Positions 1 to 14,658 of a stretch of DNA of 64,000 bases are shown in pieces. This DNA is from the human T2T-CHM13v2.0 reference genome, Homo sapiens, in assembly GCF_009914755.1 (NCBI RefSeq), contig NC_060944.1. One strand, written 5' to 3'. Position 1 is the first letter of the stretch. Each line of letters begins with the position of its first letter. A program made the position numbers and the translations under genes. The notes beneath the pieces are model-generated. The model was not told the DNA's origin. It did not search any database and saw nothing but the letters and a program-made list of their open reading frames with translations.

Positions 1-85
1 GTCTTGAACTTGTGGGCTCAAATGATCTGCCCACCTTGGCCTCCCAAAGTGCTAGGATTACAGGTGTGAGCCACCATGCTCAGCC
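1..85 (-). mobile_element. Alu 5' end (partial, window edge)
   Basis: Antisense Alu left-arm motif CTCCCAAAGTGCTAGGATTACAGGTGTGAGCCACC. Confidence 0.95.
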
Positions 86-99
86 TGGGCATGGGATCC

Positions 100-377
100 A
101 CTGAGAGGCATGAAGCTCAATTGCACATATGCATATTTCTCCCTTCATAAATATTAATGACTCCTCCTCCAGCTTATTGAATTTCAGTGTGTTGGCCACC
201 CTGCTGAGCATAAATCACTATCTCATTTTTCCCACCATGGAAGTGTCTGTTTCTGGCTTCTGGGTGGAGACCACACTTCCCGGCCTATCAGAATGGCCAC
301 CCTGCAGGCTGCAACCCTTTATGAGAGATAAATCTCACCTTTCCAAATTTATGAACCTCATCATTCTTCAGTTGACA
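100..377 (+). mobile_element. ERV1-class LTR 3' part
   Basis: Ends ...CCAAATTTATGAACCTCATCATTCTTCAGTTGACA, resembling a MER4-group LTR U5 end (recalled); subfamily uncertain. Confidence 0.6.
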
Positions 378-759
378 ATATGCACTGTAAATCTGCCAAA
401 GATTAAACTATAATTTATAATAATTCATACACACACATGTAAAATGAGAGATAGCACACATCAGAGGACAGTTTTCATTGAACACTACTTGGGAGATGAA
501 GTTCTAAACAATGGAATACGCCAAAACTGTTAAAAAATATGCAATGGGCTTATACCTGATTTCTTAGAAGACTGTTTATGCTATATTAGGTAGAAATACA
601 AATTGCTAAAAAATATGTATGTTATTTTCATTAGAAAAATAGCAGGTGGGCAAATGTAAATACATGAATGTAATTATGCCTCATAGGCATAGAAAGAAGC
701 TGGAGTTCTGTCTATTACAGTATTACAGTGGAATTATGACTCCCCTTGCAGTGGGAGGG

Positions 760-1494
<735 letters not shown>

Positions 1495-2405
1495 AAGGGG
1501 TGAATTGAGTGGTGGGAGAAAGGAGATAATTTATTTTATAGAAATTTTAAACTAGCGGAATTATGATTTTACTTAACTTTTTGAGGGCTTCCTGTATTTT
1601 TTAAAAGTAGAAATCTTACAAATCTCAAGGAACATGTCTAGTAGAAGTCCTTGCTCACTGTACCTTTAAGCTTCTGCTAATATAAAGGATTTAGGCGAAT
1701 TGAAAAAAATATATGAACCCAGTGTTGGAGCTTTGGGCCTTATTTTTATCATGAGGAATGTTTGTCTGTCACTTAAATTTGACCATTAGCGTTAGTTTCC
1801 TGAGAGAAAAAATATCTACCTCTCTCAGCTTTCCAATTTTGGGCAAGAATGTTCGCTGGAGATAAATACGTAAGGGAATAAATGAAGAATAGGTGCTCAT
1901 GGTTGACATCTAATTGCTACAGAGTTGGGGAGTAGAAAAATGAGAATGTCTATGAGGAATTGCTTTCTTCTTCCTCCACCTTCCTACCTCACATCAGCCG
2001 AAATGGGACAAGTTGTTGGTTTTCTCTCTTAACTGTACCAGGGAGATATTTTAATAATTCTTTGTTGGCAAGCTCCTGGTACCTCCAATATCTTTCCCCT
2101 ATCAGCCAATTTTGTGTCCATTGTTCATAGAATTGTTGCTGTCTTTCAAGAAATGGGAAAACTGTTACAGTTAAGTAATAAAGAGATAATGCTGGGTAAC
2201 AGATGTATGTGGAACAAAGAGCTAGAAAGATTTCATGCTATCCAGTGAGTTATGACTATAATAATGTTTTCTATTTGAAACAAAGAAAACTGGTGGCAGG
2301 TTCTGTCACAGACTTTTACTCGCTTACTTGTCTTTCTGCTATGAGGTGTCTGGTTCCTGTCTCCCGTCATGACAGTGAGGCTGAAGGTTTAGGTGGGTTG
2401 GGGTG

Positions 2406-2812
2406 GTGTCTTATGTTGAATTGGACCCCAAGGAAACAAAACCTGAGACAAGGATTTGAAAGTACCATCAGGGGAGTGGGCAAGTAAGATAAGAAGGAAG
2501 AAAATCAATCCAAGGTGTGTTAATGTTGCTTCCCCAGAGGCAACTGGCACTCAGTCCTGCTGGGGTCATCTGGGAGACTGTGTCCTCAGAGTTGATATGT
2601 CCAAGAGGGGAAACTGAGGCATTTATCCTCCAACTCTCATTTCTCTTTGGCTTAAGGCTGCTCCTGGAGCATCCCTAGCACTGACTGACAGTCCTGTGGG
2701 TTGGCTGAGCACTCCAGAGAAAGCCCTTAGAGGCCCCTAGGTGCTTGTAATGCGTGCCTAGAAAAGGGGAGTGTTAAGGAGGTCTGGACAGGGCGTGGGC
2801 AGCATCTTTCCT
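2406..2812. mobile_element. Old MaLR LTR (MLT1J/K/L-like)
   Basis: TGTCTTATGTTG...AACCTGAGACAAGGATTTGA start typical of old MLT1; diverged. Confidence 0.6.
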
Positions 2813-3042
2813 AGGTCAAATACATAAAGATGTGATGCTTTCACCTGGGCGCAAAAGTTGGACTAGCCTGTCTTCCTGTTAATATTGGAATAGAGCTTGG
2901 AGAAAGGGGGTTAAAAATAAGGGGGTTAAAAACAGGAGGCAAAAGAGAGATAGAAAAGGGGTAAAGAAATGTGGGAGAAGGAAAAAGAGACAGCATAAGG
3001 TAGAGAAAGCTGCAAGTGGCAGACCGTATCAGCAAAGTGTCT

Positions 3043-3264
3043 GGGTTTTTTGTTTTTTTGAGACAGTCTTACTCTGTCACCCAGGCTGGAGGGGTGGAGT
3101 GCAGTGGTGTGATGTTGGCTTGGCTCACAGCGACTTCCGCCTACCGGCTTCAAGCGATTCTCCCGCCTCAGCCTCCAGAATAGCTGGCGCCTACCACCAT
3201 GCTGGCTAATTTTTTTTTTGCAGTTTTAGTAGAGATGGGGTTTCACTAAGTTGGCCAGGCTGAT
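3043..3264 (-). mobile_element. 5'-truncated Alu
   Basis: Right arm plus part of left arm; TSD AGCAAAGTGTCT at 3031-3042 and 3265-3276. Confidence 0.93.
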
Positions 3265-3459
3265 AGCAAAGTGTCTTTGTACTGGAGGTCAATGGCATTG
3301 TCTACATTTGTGCTTATTCACAAGATAATGCAAATAGGTGGAGACACAATGGAGTGAAGACAATGCTTGCAATAGAAGTAGTTGCTGCCATTTAAAAAGA
3401 ACTGGGCCCCATGTAGGTTGTTTCACAAAGATTAAGTAACTGTAATTTTCATAAGGGCC

Positions 3460-3585
3460 ATGCAACTTAGGTATCATTGCCCTATTTTGCAGATGAGCAC
3501 ATGGAGGTGTAGAGAAGTTAAGTGATTTGTAAGCTGCCACTTGTGAGTATCAGAATCAGCTCCAAAATCCATGTTTTTCCCCCTA
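3460..3585. mobile_element. MIR fragment
   Basis: CCCTATTTTGCAGATGAG...AGAGAAGTTAAGTGATTTG MIR core. Confidence 0.7.
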
Positions 3586-4007
3586 CAGAATGTTACACAA
3601 CTCAGAATCATCAAGAAGAAAAACCAAAACTGAACTTGGAGTAAGGGCAGACATTGGCTGAGTATCCTCGACATTATATTTCTGGCTTTGACACAAGGAC
3701 GTGACCAGTGTGATTTGGCAAGGTGGGTTCAGTTGGTATCAATTCCCGGGCCACCAAGGATGGAAGCACTTTGCACAGAATCAGGCTTGTTTTGCCTTCC
3801 AGGATGCCATACACTGTGGCCTACACCTCAGTTTCCTGTACAGAGCCCAGCTCCCCGAGGACTGCAAACCCCGAGGACAGCTGATGATCTCATTCTTGGT
3901 GTGGCGAACATCCTTGCTATTCTCATTATGGAAGCAACCTCACCAGCAGTAGGTGATGACTGCAACTAACTGTTTAGGGGGGCACCTATACTCTTAGGAA
4001 TAACTGA

Positions 4008-4432
4008 TCTTTTAGGGTAGGTTCCCTGAAAGCAGAGCCTGATAAGAAATTCTTGTGTAAGTTACTCAGTGGGAGAAAGTGCCCAGAAGACTCCTGTAAT
4101 GGAGTGAGGGAAGGAGGACATGCAGGGGAAAAAGCTAGGCGAGGATGAGGTCTCAGCTGGAGACTAGCTTCAGCTTTATCACACAGGAAGCTCCAGAGCA
4201 TGAATTGCACTTGAATGAGGGCCAGTTTGAGGCAATGGGGCTGACCATTTTTACATCCATGCTAATTGGTTTCTGACCAAGGTCTGCCCCATGGTGGGTG
4301 GGAACTTTGTGTGTGAAGGACTCCTATTTGATCAAAGGTAATTTCTTGGAGGGGCCACTGGAGGACAGCAAGCTTGGGGGTGCACTGGCCAGTAAAGGCC
4401 ATTTGGGTAGGGCACTAAGAGCATCTACTTCA
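4008..4432. mobile_element. Old MaLR LTR (MLT1J/K-like)
   Basis: TTAGGGTAGGTTCCCTGAAAGCAGAGCCTGA start; diverged MLT1 body. Confidence 0.6.
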
Positions 4433-4500
4433 ATTGGATGACAATTCATTTCCAGTGAGGATGGGGAGCAAGGTCCTGTGTGAATGTAAGAAAGACTACT

Positions 4501-4806
4501 GGCTGGGCGCAGTGGCTCAAGCCTGTAATCCCAACATTTTGGGAGGCCAAGGCGGGTGGATCATGAGGTCAGGAGTTCAAGACCAGCCTGGCCAAGATGG
4601 TGAAACTCTGTCTGTACTAAAAATACAAAAATTAGCCAGGTGCAGTGGCGGGCGCCTGTAATCCCAGCTACTCTGGAGGCTGAGGTAGGAGAATTGCTTG
4701 AACTCGGGTGGCAGAGGTTGCAGTGGGCAGAGGTTGCAGTGAGCAGAGATCATGCCACTACACTTCAGCCTGGGCGACAGAGTGAGACTCCATTCCAAAA
4801 AAAGAA
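4501..4806 (+). mobile_element. Alu (S family) with internal 16-bp duplication
   Basis: GGCTGGGCGCAGTGGCTCA start, A-tail, TSD AAGAAAGACTACT/AAGAAAGATTACT. Confidence 0.96.
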
Positions 4807-6204
4807 GAAAGATTACTAAGCCAGAAGACATATTGGCTATAAAGTTAGTAAAAAACCTGCAAGAGCAATCACTGGAGCTGCATAATGAAGTCAAATCAAT
4901 ACATGTATAAAGATTGCTATGTGACTATCTGTACAAGTAATAGGCAAGAGGTAACTAGACTTTCATCTTTGCTCTGAAGTGAGACCTGCGCTTTTTGGAC
5001 ATTTTTTCAGGAACTAGGGAGGACCCAGGAGTGACGTGACCACACGAGTCACTGACTTTTTCAAATAAATTTGGCTAACAAGATTTGTTGGGCTAACAAC
5101 TCTGTGTAGGACGCCTTCCAGGCAACTCAAATGAGCTAATCCTGCCCATCTCATAGAGTGATCCAGGGATGTCAGGAGAGCACACGGAATATTTTCCATA
5201 CCTGAGAAGACAGCCAGCATCTCAGTGTCATAGCAAGCAATGCTGTGCTAGCTTCATTGCTCTATCTGATACCTGGAGGAGACGACTTCTTAAAACAGTC
5301 CTGAATCTGATCCCAATATCCAACTTAATACACTCACCAAGACCTCTACGTAGCTTGCTTTATACTTTTCTTATTTAGCTTCAGCTCTTTAAGGACAAGA
5401 GCCTTGCCTAGCTGAGTACCTGACCCTCAACAAATGTTTATTTAGCAAATGAATGAGAGCTGAGTATATGCCTCTGATGGCTATATAAGTTCTCTGCTCA
5501 AACCCATCTACACTGTGACTTCTGACGCTGAGCCCCACACCCTTCATGGTTCCCTTGTCAGGTGCCTTCCTGGTACATTATACCACTAGGAGATTCCAAG
5601 GGAGATTGGAAGACTGGAAGTGGGGCAGAGGGATGGGGAGAGACTTTATCACTCTTGTTTTGCTGCTGTCCTGATCAGCATGGCTCCAGCAGTAGCACTT
5701 TCCCTGGTGGCACCATCTGGCTCTCCTTTTCAGCTTCTGTCTCCCAGGACCACCCCCATATCCCCATAGAAGGACCAGCAGCAGCTAGGTGATACATCCT
5801 CTTCATCGTTCTATCTCCATGGGGCTTGTCCTAGGTTTTAGATTCTATCAGAACTCAAATTTCTTCCCTTTGTTCGCCTAGCCATTAGGGTGGAAGCTAC
5901 TTCCTGCAGTTACTACCTTAGCATTTCCTTTTTGCTTTTCTCCAGTATCTATGCAATTATATTCTCTTTGTTCAAATACCTTAGGTGCCTTTGGTTTTTT
6001 GACTGGCCGCTGACTCTTTTCCATTATCTTTTAGCAAAACTGTGATGTAGACATTGCTATCTCCATTTTGCAGATGGGGAAAGTAGTGCAAAGAATTGTT
6101 GAGGAGTGTCCTCAAATTTACACATCTAGGACATCTTAGAAAAGGTGATATGCTTTAGTCCAAGAGACTGCATTGGAATCCTGCCCTCATTATTTATATC
6201 GTTC

Positions 6205-6880
6205 TATAGTTTTTAATTTACATGCAGCAAAATTCACCCATTCTATTGTATGGTTCTATGAGTTTAGACAAACACATAAAGTGGCATAATCTCCACCACA
6301 ATCAAGATATGGAATGGTTCCAACAGTTTAGAAAAATCATGCTGTTCCATTACAGTCAATTCTTCCCCTACCCCCAGATCTTGACAACCACTGATCATTT
6401 TCTGTTCTTAAAATTTTGTCTTTTCCAGAATGTCGTATAAATATAACTTTTTGAGTCTATCTTCTTTCATTTAGCACAATTTATATGAAATTCATCCATG
6501 TTTTTGCATGAAAAGTCCATTCTTTGTTGCTGAATGATATTCCTTTACATGGATGCACCATAGTTTTCCCATTCACCAACTGGGAGAAATTTGGGTTGTT
6601 TCCAGTTTTTGGTGATTATGAATAAAGCAGCTACAGAAATTCACATATGGTTTTTGTGTGAATATAAGCTTTTGTTTTCTTGGGCAAGTACATAGAAGTG
6701 GGAATTCTGCATCATACAGTAACTGTATATTTAACTTTATAAGAAGTGACAAAATTGTTCCAAGGGGCTGCATCATCGTGCATTCCTACCAACAGTATAT
6801 GAGAGTTCTAGTTGCTCCACAACCTTGTCAGCACTTGGCACTTTCAGTTTTTGTTTATAGTCATTTCAACAGGTGTATCA
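6205..6880 (-). mobile_element. Old L1 (L1M) 3' fragment
   Basis: Antisense ORF2-end/3'UTR motifs (TTTGGGTTGTTTCCAGTTTTTGG, ATTCCTACCAACAGTATATGAGAGTTC). Confidence 0.85.
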
Positions 6881-6984
6881 TGATGTGGAATATTGTTAAA
6901 ACATCTGGAAGAGACTTTCGGTCACATAAGTTCATCTTGAAAGACTGTATAATGTTGTTGTTAAGGAATTCAGACACTGCAGCC

Positions 6985-7160
6985 AGCTTTGGTGCTCACT
7001 ACCTTTATGAACATGGACCTCAGTTTTCTCATCTGTAAAATGAGGATAATAATAGGACATCTATCTTAAAAGGTTGTTATGAAGATTAAATTAGTTAATA
7101 TATGTAAAGCACTGATAGAGAATAAGTAGCACCTAACTGCTAATTATTATTGCTGTTATT
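6985..7160. mobile_element. MIR
   Basis: CCTCAGTTTTCTCATCTGTAAAATGAGGATAATAATAG core. Confidence 0.8.
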
Positions 7161-7254
7161 TTTCTCAGCTCTGGCCCATCCTGCTTAGCTACATGATGCC
7201 AAAATTTGCAGAAAGACAAAGTTGAGAGGACACTTCTTGGATTCCAAACAATAA

Positions 7255-7608
<354 letters not shown>

Positions 7609-8327
7609 TAGATTTGTCTTAAAGCCATTTCATATATAATGCAATGCCCATCCTTACTTTGCAAAAGTCCAATTTTAAAGACAACATTTGAACTTCAGTG
7701 ATTAAAGACAGCTTTTGAATTGTTATAGATTCCCATCTCCATCCAAACAATATGCTTTTAATAGGAACACAGCTTGTGATTTATACCACTTCACTCTGCT
7801 CTGCAGTGTGGTCTGCATCATCAACATTAAGATGAAATTACCCTGCAATCACAAACATGGAACTCATACTTGTAGTAATTGCACAAAGAAAAACCTCATT
7901 ATCCTGCAATATGCACTTCAAAAACAAACATACAACCTTTTCTCCCTCTAGTGGCACATTTAAAAAGCAACCTCAACTATCACAGAGGCCAGTTTTGCCT
8001 ATTACAATCGAGAGAAACAAATAGTTTACACTTGGGAGATTCATAGTATTTGTTTATCGTCGATTGTAGTAAAAATTTTGCAGTTTGTTTATGTAAAATG
8101 ATATTGCTGACAAGATAACAGGCTAGATCATAGCCATAGGAATTCTGTGGTTTATCCTCACTTGGCGCTTTATTTTTCATCAAAAACAATAAAGGGAAAT
8201 CTACAAGCACTAGGTAGTCAGCTGTTCCGATTCCTGGTTACCTCTTGGAAGAATGACACCACTTCCAGTTCCTCGCCCTTGCCCTTTATGTGTTTATGGG
8301 CTCTAGAGCTGAACAATAATGCCTTAC

Positions 8328-9088
<761 letters not shown>

Positions 9089-9139
9089 TTACTCCAATGG
9101 ATAAAAACAACAATGACCATGATTTCAAAAATTTTGTGT

Positions 9140-9255
9140 AAATTAACTCATTTAATTGTCACCATAACACTGACATAGCTACTATTATTATACTCACTTT
9201 ACAGATGAGTAAAACTGAGTTTCAGAGAAGTTGGGTAACTTGCCTAAGGGTGTAT
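9140..9255. mobile_element. MIR fragment
   Basis: TTTACAGATGAGTAAAACTGAG core. Confidence 0.7.
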
Positions 9256-9339
9256 AATTTGATATTATTTAGGTGTGGCAGCCATATGTTCTCTCATGCC
9301 TTCCAAGTGCCTGAGATTGTCATATATTTTCTGTTTTCT

Positions 9340-9594
<255 letters not shown>

Positions 9595-9800
9595 TAGTTT
9601 AAAATTTTGCTTTATTGAAGAATAAATTTAAACTACTTAACAGTTTAAGATACAGTAAACTACTCAAATCTTAAATGTACAATGTGATAAATTTTTACAC
9701 GTGTAGATATCCGTGTAACCACCCCTGGAAGACCTGCCACGACTCTTCTTAGAGAGTATGATTTCCAGGCTTTTTAATATTATAATATCACACAAACTAA

Positions 9801-10112
<312 letters not shown>

Positions 10113-10317
10113 GTAATATAGGTTCTTTATAAGACTTTCGAACATTATAAAGCTACGACAATGGAAAATTTCTCCCTCACATTATCCCTTATTCCTCCAC
10201 CAAGGGTTAATCATTGTTAATGCATAGAGTGTGTGTCCTTCCGGACCTTTTCTATGTTATGTTTGTATTCATGTCTGTGGATACACACATAAAACTTGTA
10301 TAAGCATATGTGTTTTT

Positions 10318-10617
10318 TTGTTTGTTTGTTTGTTTTGAGACGGAGTCTCGCTCTTTCACCCAGGCGGGACTGCAGTGGCGCTATCTCGGCTCACTGCAAG
10401 CTCCGTCTCCCGGGTTCACGCCATTCTCCTGCCTCAGCCTCCTGAGTAGCTGGGACTACAGGCTCCCGCCACCGCGCCCGGCTAATTTTTTGTATTTTTA
10501 GTAGAGACGGGGTTTCACCGTGTTAGCCAGGATGGTCTCGATCTCCTGACCTCATGATCCGCCCGCCTCAGCCTCCCAAAGTGCTGGGATTACAGGCGTG
10601 AGCCACTGCGCCCGGCC
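10318..10617 (-). mobile_element. AluY
   Basis: AluY diagnostics (CAAGCTCCG, TTCACGCCATTC, TCGATCTCCTGACCTCATGATC), CpG-rich; TSD AGCATATGTGTTTTT/AGCATAAGTGTTTTT. Confidence 0.96.
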
Positions 10618-10999
10618 AGCATAAGTGTTTTTGCACACGCGTATTCAAGCATATGCACACACATGCACACACAGAAACACACAGTTTTTCTAATGTGGTA
10701 TAATTTAATAAATATCATTCTGAAGTTTGCTACATTTTCATTTAAGAAAAAAGTTCTGCCTTTTAGAATGTTCAGGATAGAGCTCTACCTGGAAAGAGCA
10801 GTACTTTTCCTGCTATCAGTCATTTCTACTTTAGTGTGAAAGAAGTTTCCAAATGAAGAAAGGTGGAACAGACATTCCTGCTGGGCCCACTCCACTCCAT
10901 TCTTCCTCCCGGTAGTCTTATTGCAGCAGGTAGCGAAGCAAAAGCTCACATTTAGCAGACTCCGTGCAGCTCAGGAGCCACATTTCTTCCCAGCAGACA

Positions 11000-11395
11000 G
11001 CTGTGGGATGTGGAAGGTGGCAGTGAATGAGAGACTGTTCTGCTCCTGGTTGTGGCCAATTGTGCTTTGTCTGTAGCTGTGGAGCAGAGGTCTCCCGCTC
11101 TCCAAAGGCAGCGTATGAGAAATCCATTTATCTGATGAGTTCCTGCAGCTCAGGCTGTGACATGGCTTCCCGGCCCCAGATCGTTACAGAGGCTGTGTGG
11201 CCTGGGAGCCAGGAGAAGGGTATGTGGCTTCCTGATGGTGGCCAAGACGCGGGGTGGTGTTCTGGGAGTCACCCCCGGGAACTCTGTCCAGAGCCCGGCT
11301 GCTGTGCTCCAGTGGTTTTGCAAGACCCTACTTTCCTGTAGTAAATCCCTTTCTGTTTAACATAGGGTGGCTCTGACATCTGCGATTAAACTGCT
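11000..11395. mobile_element. Old ERVL-class LTR (LTR16/LTR33-like)
   Basis: 3' part AGTAAATCCCTTTCTGTTTAA...CTGCGATTAA resembles LTR16/33 ends; diverged. Confidence 0.45.
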
Positions 11396-12243
11396 ACTGA
11401 ATCAGGAAAAAAGGAAGCAGGACAGAGGAAGGCAACGACTGGAAAGTTCTACTTCGGGACAACATCTCTGAATTATTCACATACATTAATGGAAACGAAT
11501 CATTCTGACTCATTAATCAATGCTGAAATGAACGATAAGCAACCGAGGATGACCTAAAACATTTATATTTGGCTTATATCATGTTAGAACTTCTAATTTA
11601 ACAGAGATGTTTCATGCCCTGGAAGTTCATACTGCTGCTGGGAAATCACAAAGCTACGTTGGGAGCGTGTGACATCCTCTTTCCCAACTCTTCTCACTGA
11701 GCATCTCCCTGGAGGAGGCCAAAGTCATCTCTCAGACTAAGCTCAGAGCTCAGTGAAGCTGTAGGGACATTGGCAACAACTGCAGCATCATAGGCATGGC
11801 TTGAATGAGAGCTGTGATTGTTAGTGATGTCCAGGTATGTGTCTGCCATCTCAGAGTGACCCTGAGAAAGGCATTCATTTGGAAGCTTTTCTCCCCGCAC
11901 TCTATTCTAAGTGACCCATTGCTCAGTGCCTATTGCCCAGTGGACATTATGAAGTCCTGGAGGCTGCCAGTCTCCTCACTGTGACTGGAGTCATGGCTCC
12001 AGGCTCTGCCGGCTTCATGCACCTGGGGAGAGTGACCAGCAGCACTGCCCAGAGTCCCGTGCTGGCCCTGCAGGAACAAAGGCCTTGCAGGATACGCAGT
12101 CGTCGTGACATGCTGATGGCAGATTATGTGCTATTTGCACTTTTTTTTCTCTCTCTTTCATGTAGGGATGCCCAGGTTGGTCGGGACATTTCTGATGCTC
12201 CACCTCCATCCCTCAGTGCTCGCTAGTCTGGGCCTGCAAGCAG

Positions 12244-13010
12244 TGTTATTGAACAAAACTGGGGTTCGCTAACCCAGCGCAGTTAAATCCAAACATCCAC
12301 ACTGAGGTTTGCAATGGGAGAAAGGAGAGCATTTATTGGCAAGGCGCCAAGCAAGGAGAATTAGGCAGCTCCCATTTAAGATCTGACCTCCCCTGTGACT
12401 TGGAAGTAAGGGTATTTAAAGGCAGAGGGAAATTTCAGGAAAGCAGAAGTTACAGGCAAAGTCATAAATCAATACATGGAGGTTGTACTTCAGTTTGACC
12501 GAAAAAGGTGGGGTATCTTGAAGTGGGAGCTTATAGGTCATAGGTAGATTCAAAGATTTTTTGATTTTCAATTGGTTAAGGAGGCAAAGCTTTGTCTAGA
12601 CATGCGAGGTCAGCGGAAAAGAATGTAAGCTCTGGCCTGTGGCGTGACCTCCTCCAGGCCCCTCAGGAAGAAATCTAGAACAAAGAGCAGTGGTTCCAGT
12701 TCAGTCCTCAGTTCCCCTCAGGGTCTGCAGGCCAGCAGATCCATCTGATGGGGGTCTGGGTTTCTGAAAAACACCTTGGGAACATACGTTAAGATGTTAT
12801 CTTTAGCTTCTATAGGGAACAAAACATCTCATGACTCTAACCTCCCTGGTTATTGTTTTAAGCTACTATTTCCTTCTTGCTTATCAGGTTACTCATTTAC
12901 TTCTCAGGGCTACCTATGTTCTTTTCCCTTGAAGGAACTTGAGATTTTCCTTTATTTCTATGCTTAGGGGGATCTTGCAGGCCCCTACCAGGGGTCCCTG
13001 CTCTGTCTCA
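12244..13010 (-). mobile_element. ERV1 (MER4-group) solo LTR
   Basis: TG...CA termini; GCTTATAGGTCATAGGTAGATTCAAAGATTTT...CAATTGGTT segment shared with MER41/MER57-type LTRs. Confidence 0.82.
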
Positions 13011-13529
13011 ATGTCTTCCTACTTTCTATGACGAGTCTCTTGGACTCTCTTCCTGAGGCCTCTCTGTGGTGTTAGGAACAGGCCTGGCCTACTTGCATGG
13101 CAGAGGGGAATGTGTGGAGGAGTTGGTGCCCCAGGAGTAGCCCACAGCCAGTGGATACCCCAGCTTCCTTGGCCCTGAAAGGAGAAGTCTCTAATGTGTG
13201 TCCCACAAAATCTCCCAGAGTTTGCCAGTAGTTTTAAGCCCCATTTGCCCATGTCTGTAACCTGCTCATTAATTCACCCATCCTTTAATGCTACAAGTCT
13301 GGCTGAAGTGGGAGAGATCATGGAATAAATATTGAAACTTCATCCTTCGTTTGAATGTTTATAAATATAAATAGTTATATTGCATCATAAAAGTGTTGAA
13401 TAGAAGTCATTACTGAGAAGTAATCTTACGGATTTTTAAAAATCTTTAAGATGTTTGAACTGGAAGGCATCTTAGCATTATTAGCCCCTGTTTTAATTTA
13501 TGAGAAAACTGAGTATCTTTTGAGTTTTT

Positions 13530-14278
13530 TAGGGAGGAAAAAGGCTTTCCTCTATACTCTTAGGTTTGGTGCCTGAGGACTGTAAATTGAATGGACAAAG
13601 ATACATTAATAGGAGAAGAAGTACAACTTTTATTGATGCTAAGATTTTACGTGCATGGGAGCTTCTCAGAAAAGAAATGAAAACACGAACAAGAGGTTAG
13701 ACTTGGGGGCTTACATAACATTTTAACAAGGAGTGATAAATTGTGGAAAAACAACTACACAAAAAATGAGAATTGAGGGTTTTTACGGGTGATAAATTGT
13801 GGGAAGGTGACTAGGAAACATATGGAGAAAACTAATGGAAGATCAGGGCTATTTATTTATTTTAATAGAGATGGAGTCTCACTATGTTGCCCAGGCTGGT
13901 CTCGAACTCCTGGGCTCAAGAAGTCTGCCCATCTCAGCCTCTCAAAGTGTTGAGACTACAGGTGTGAGCCACGGTGCCCAGGACAATAAGGATTATTTCA
14001 GTAAGGTCTGTTTATGCACACTAATCTTTGTGTGACTTTCCATTTCTGGTAATAAAAGTCAGTGTCCTTTTCCTGGTACAGAAGAGCACCTTCCTCAAAG
14101 GAAAATTTGGTACAGAAGAGCACCTTCCTCAAAGGAAAATTTATGCTCTGCTTTGGGGCAGATAAGGGAAGGCAGAGAAATTTTCCTGCATTTGTTGTTT
14201 CTCAATTGCCTTCAGTTTAAAATAATACTCATGCCAAAGTTACATATTTTGGGGTGGCATATTCTGATCCCCTTTACA
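13530..14278 (-). mobile_element. ERV1 LTR (MER34-like), contains Alu monomer and 34-bp duplication
   Basis: Ends GCCAAAGTTACATATTTTGGGGTGGCATATTCTGATCCCC; paralogous to 36058-36730. Confidence 0.8.
13855..13982 (-). mobile_element. Alu left monomer (FLAM-like)
   Basis: AGAGATGGAGTCTCACTATGTTGCCCAGGCTGG...GAGCCACGGTGCCCAG only. Confidence 0.88.
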
Positions 14279-14588
14279 TTCTAAGAGAACACATGAGGAT
14301 CCAAAAAGGAATGAGTTATGTAATGGGTAATCCTGACATATAGAACATTTGATTCAAACCTCAGAATTAAGAAGCAGAGGGGAAAACTAATGACCTTGAA
14401 CTGAGAGTACAGAACACAAAAACCAGAGGTGTGTCAGGGATTTCTACATTGTATGCCATGGAAGAGAAATCAGAAACTCTGAATGTTAAAGTCAAAAGGG
14501 AAGGCAGAAAGCCTTCCCCTTCAACTTGTCAGCTTTAATGATAAAGAAATACGGGTGTAGAAAAGTTAAGTGATTTGTCCACCATGAC

Positions 14589-14617
14589 ATAGATAGATAG
14601 ATAGGTAGGTAGGTAGC

Positions 14618-14658
<41 letters not shown>
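14589..14658. repeat. Compound (GATA)n/(GGTA)n microsatellite
   Basis: ATAG/GTAG tetranucleotide array read directly. Confidence 0.97.

Noticed and set aside
5028-5058. GTGACGTGAC / GAGTCAC CRE/AP-1-like motifs
   Set aside because: Imperfect isolated motifs with no CpG island or other promoter evidence.
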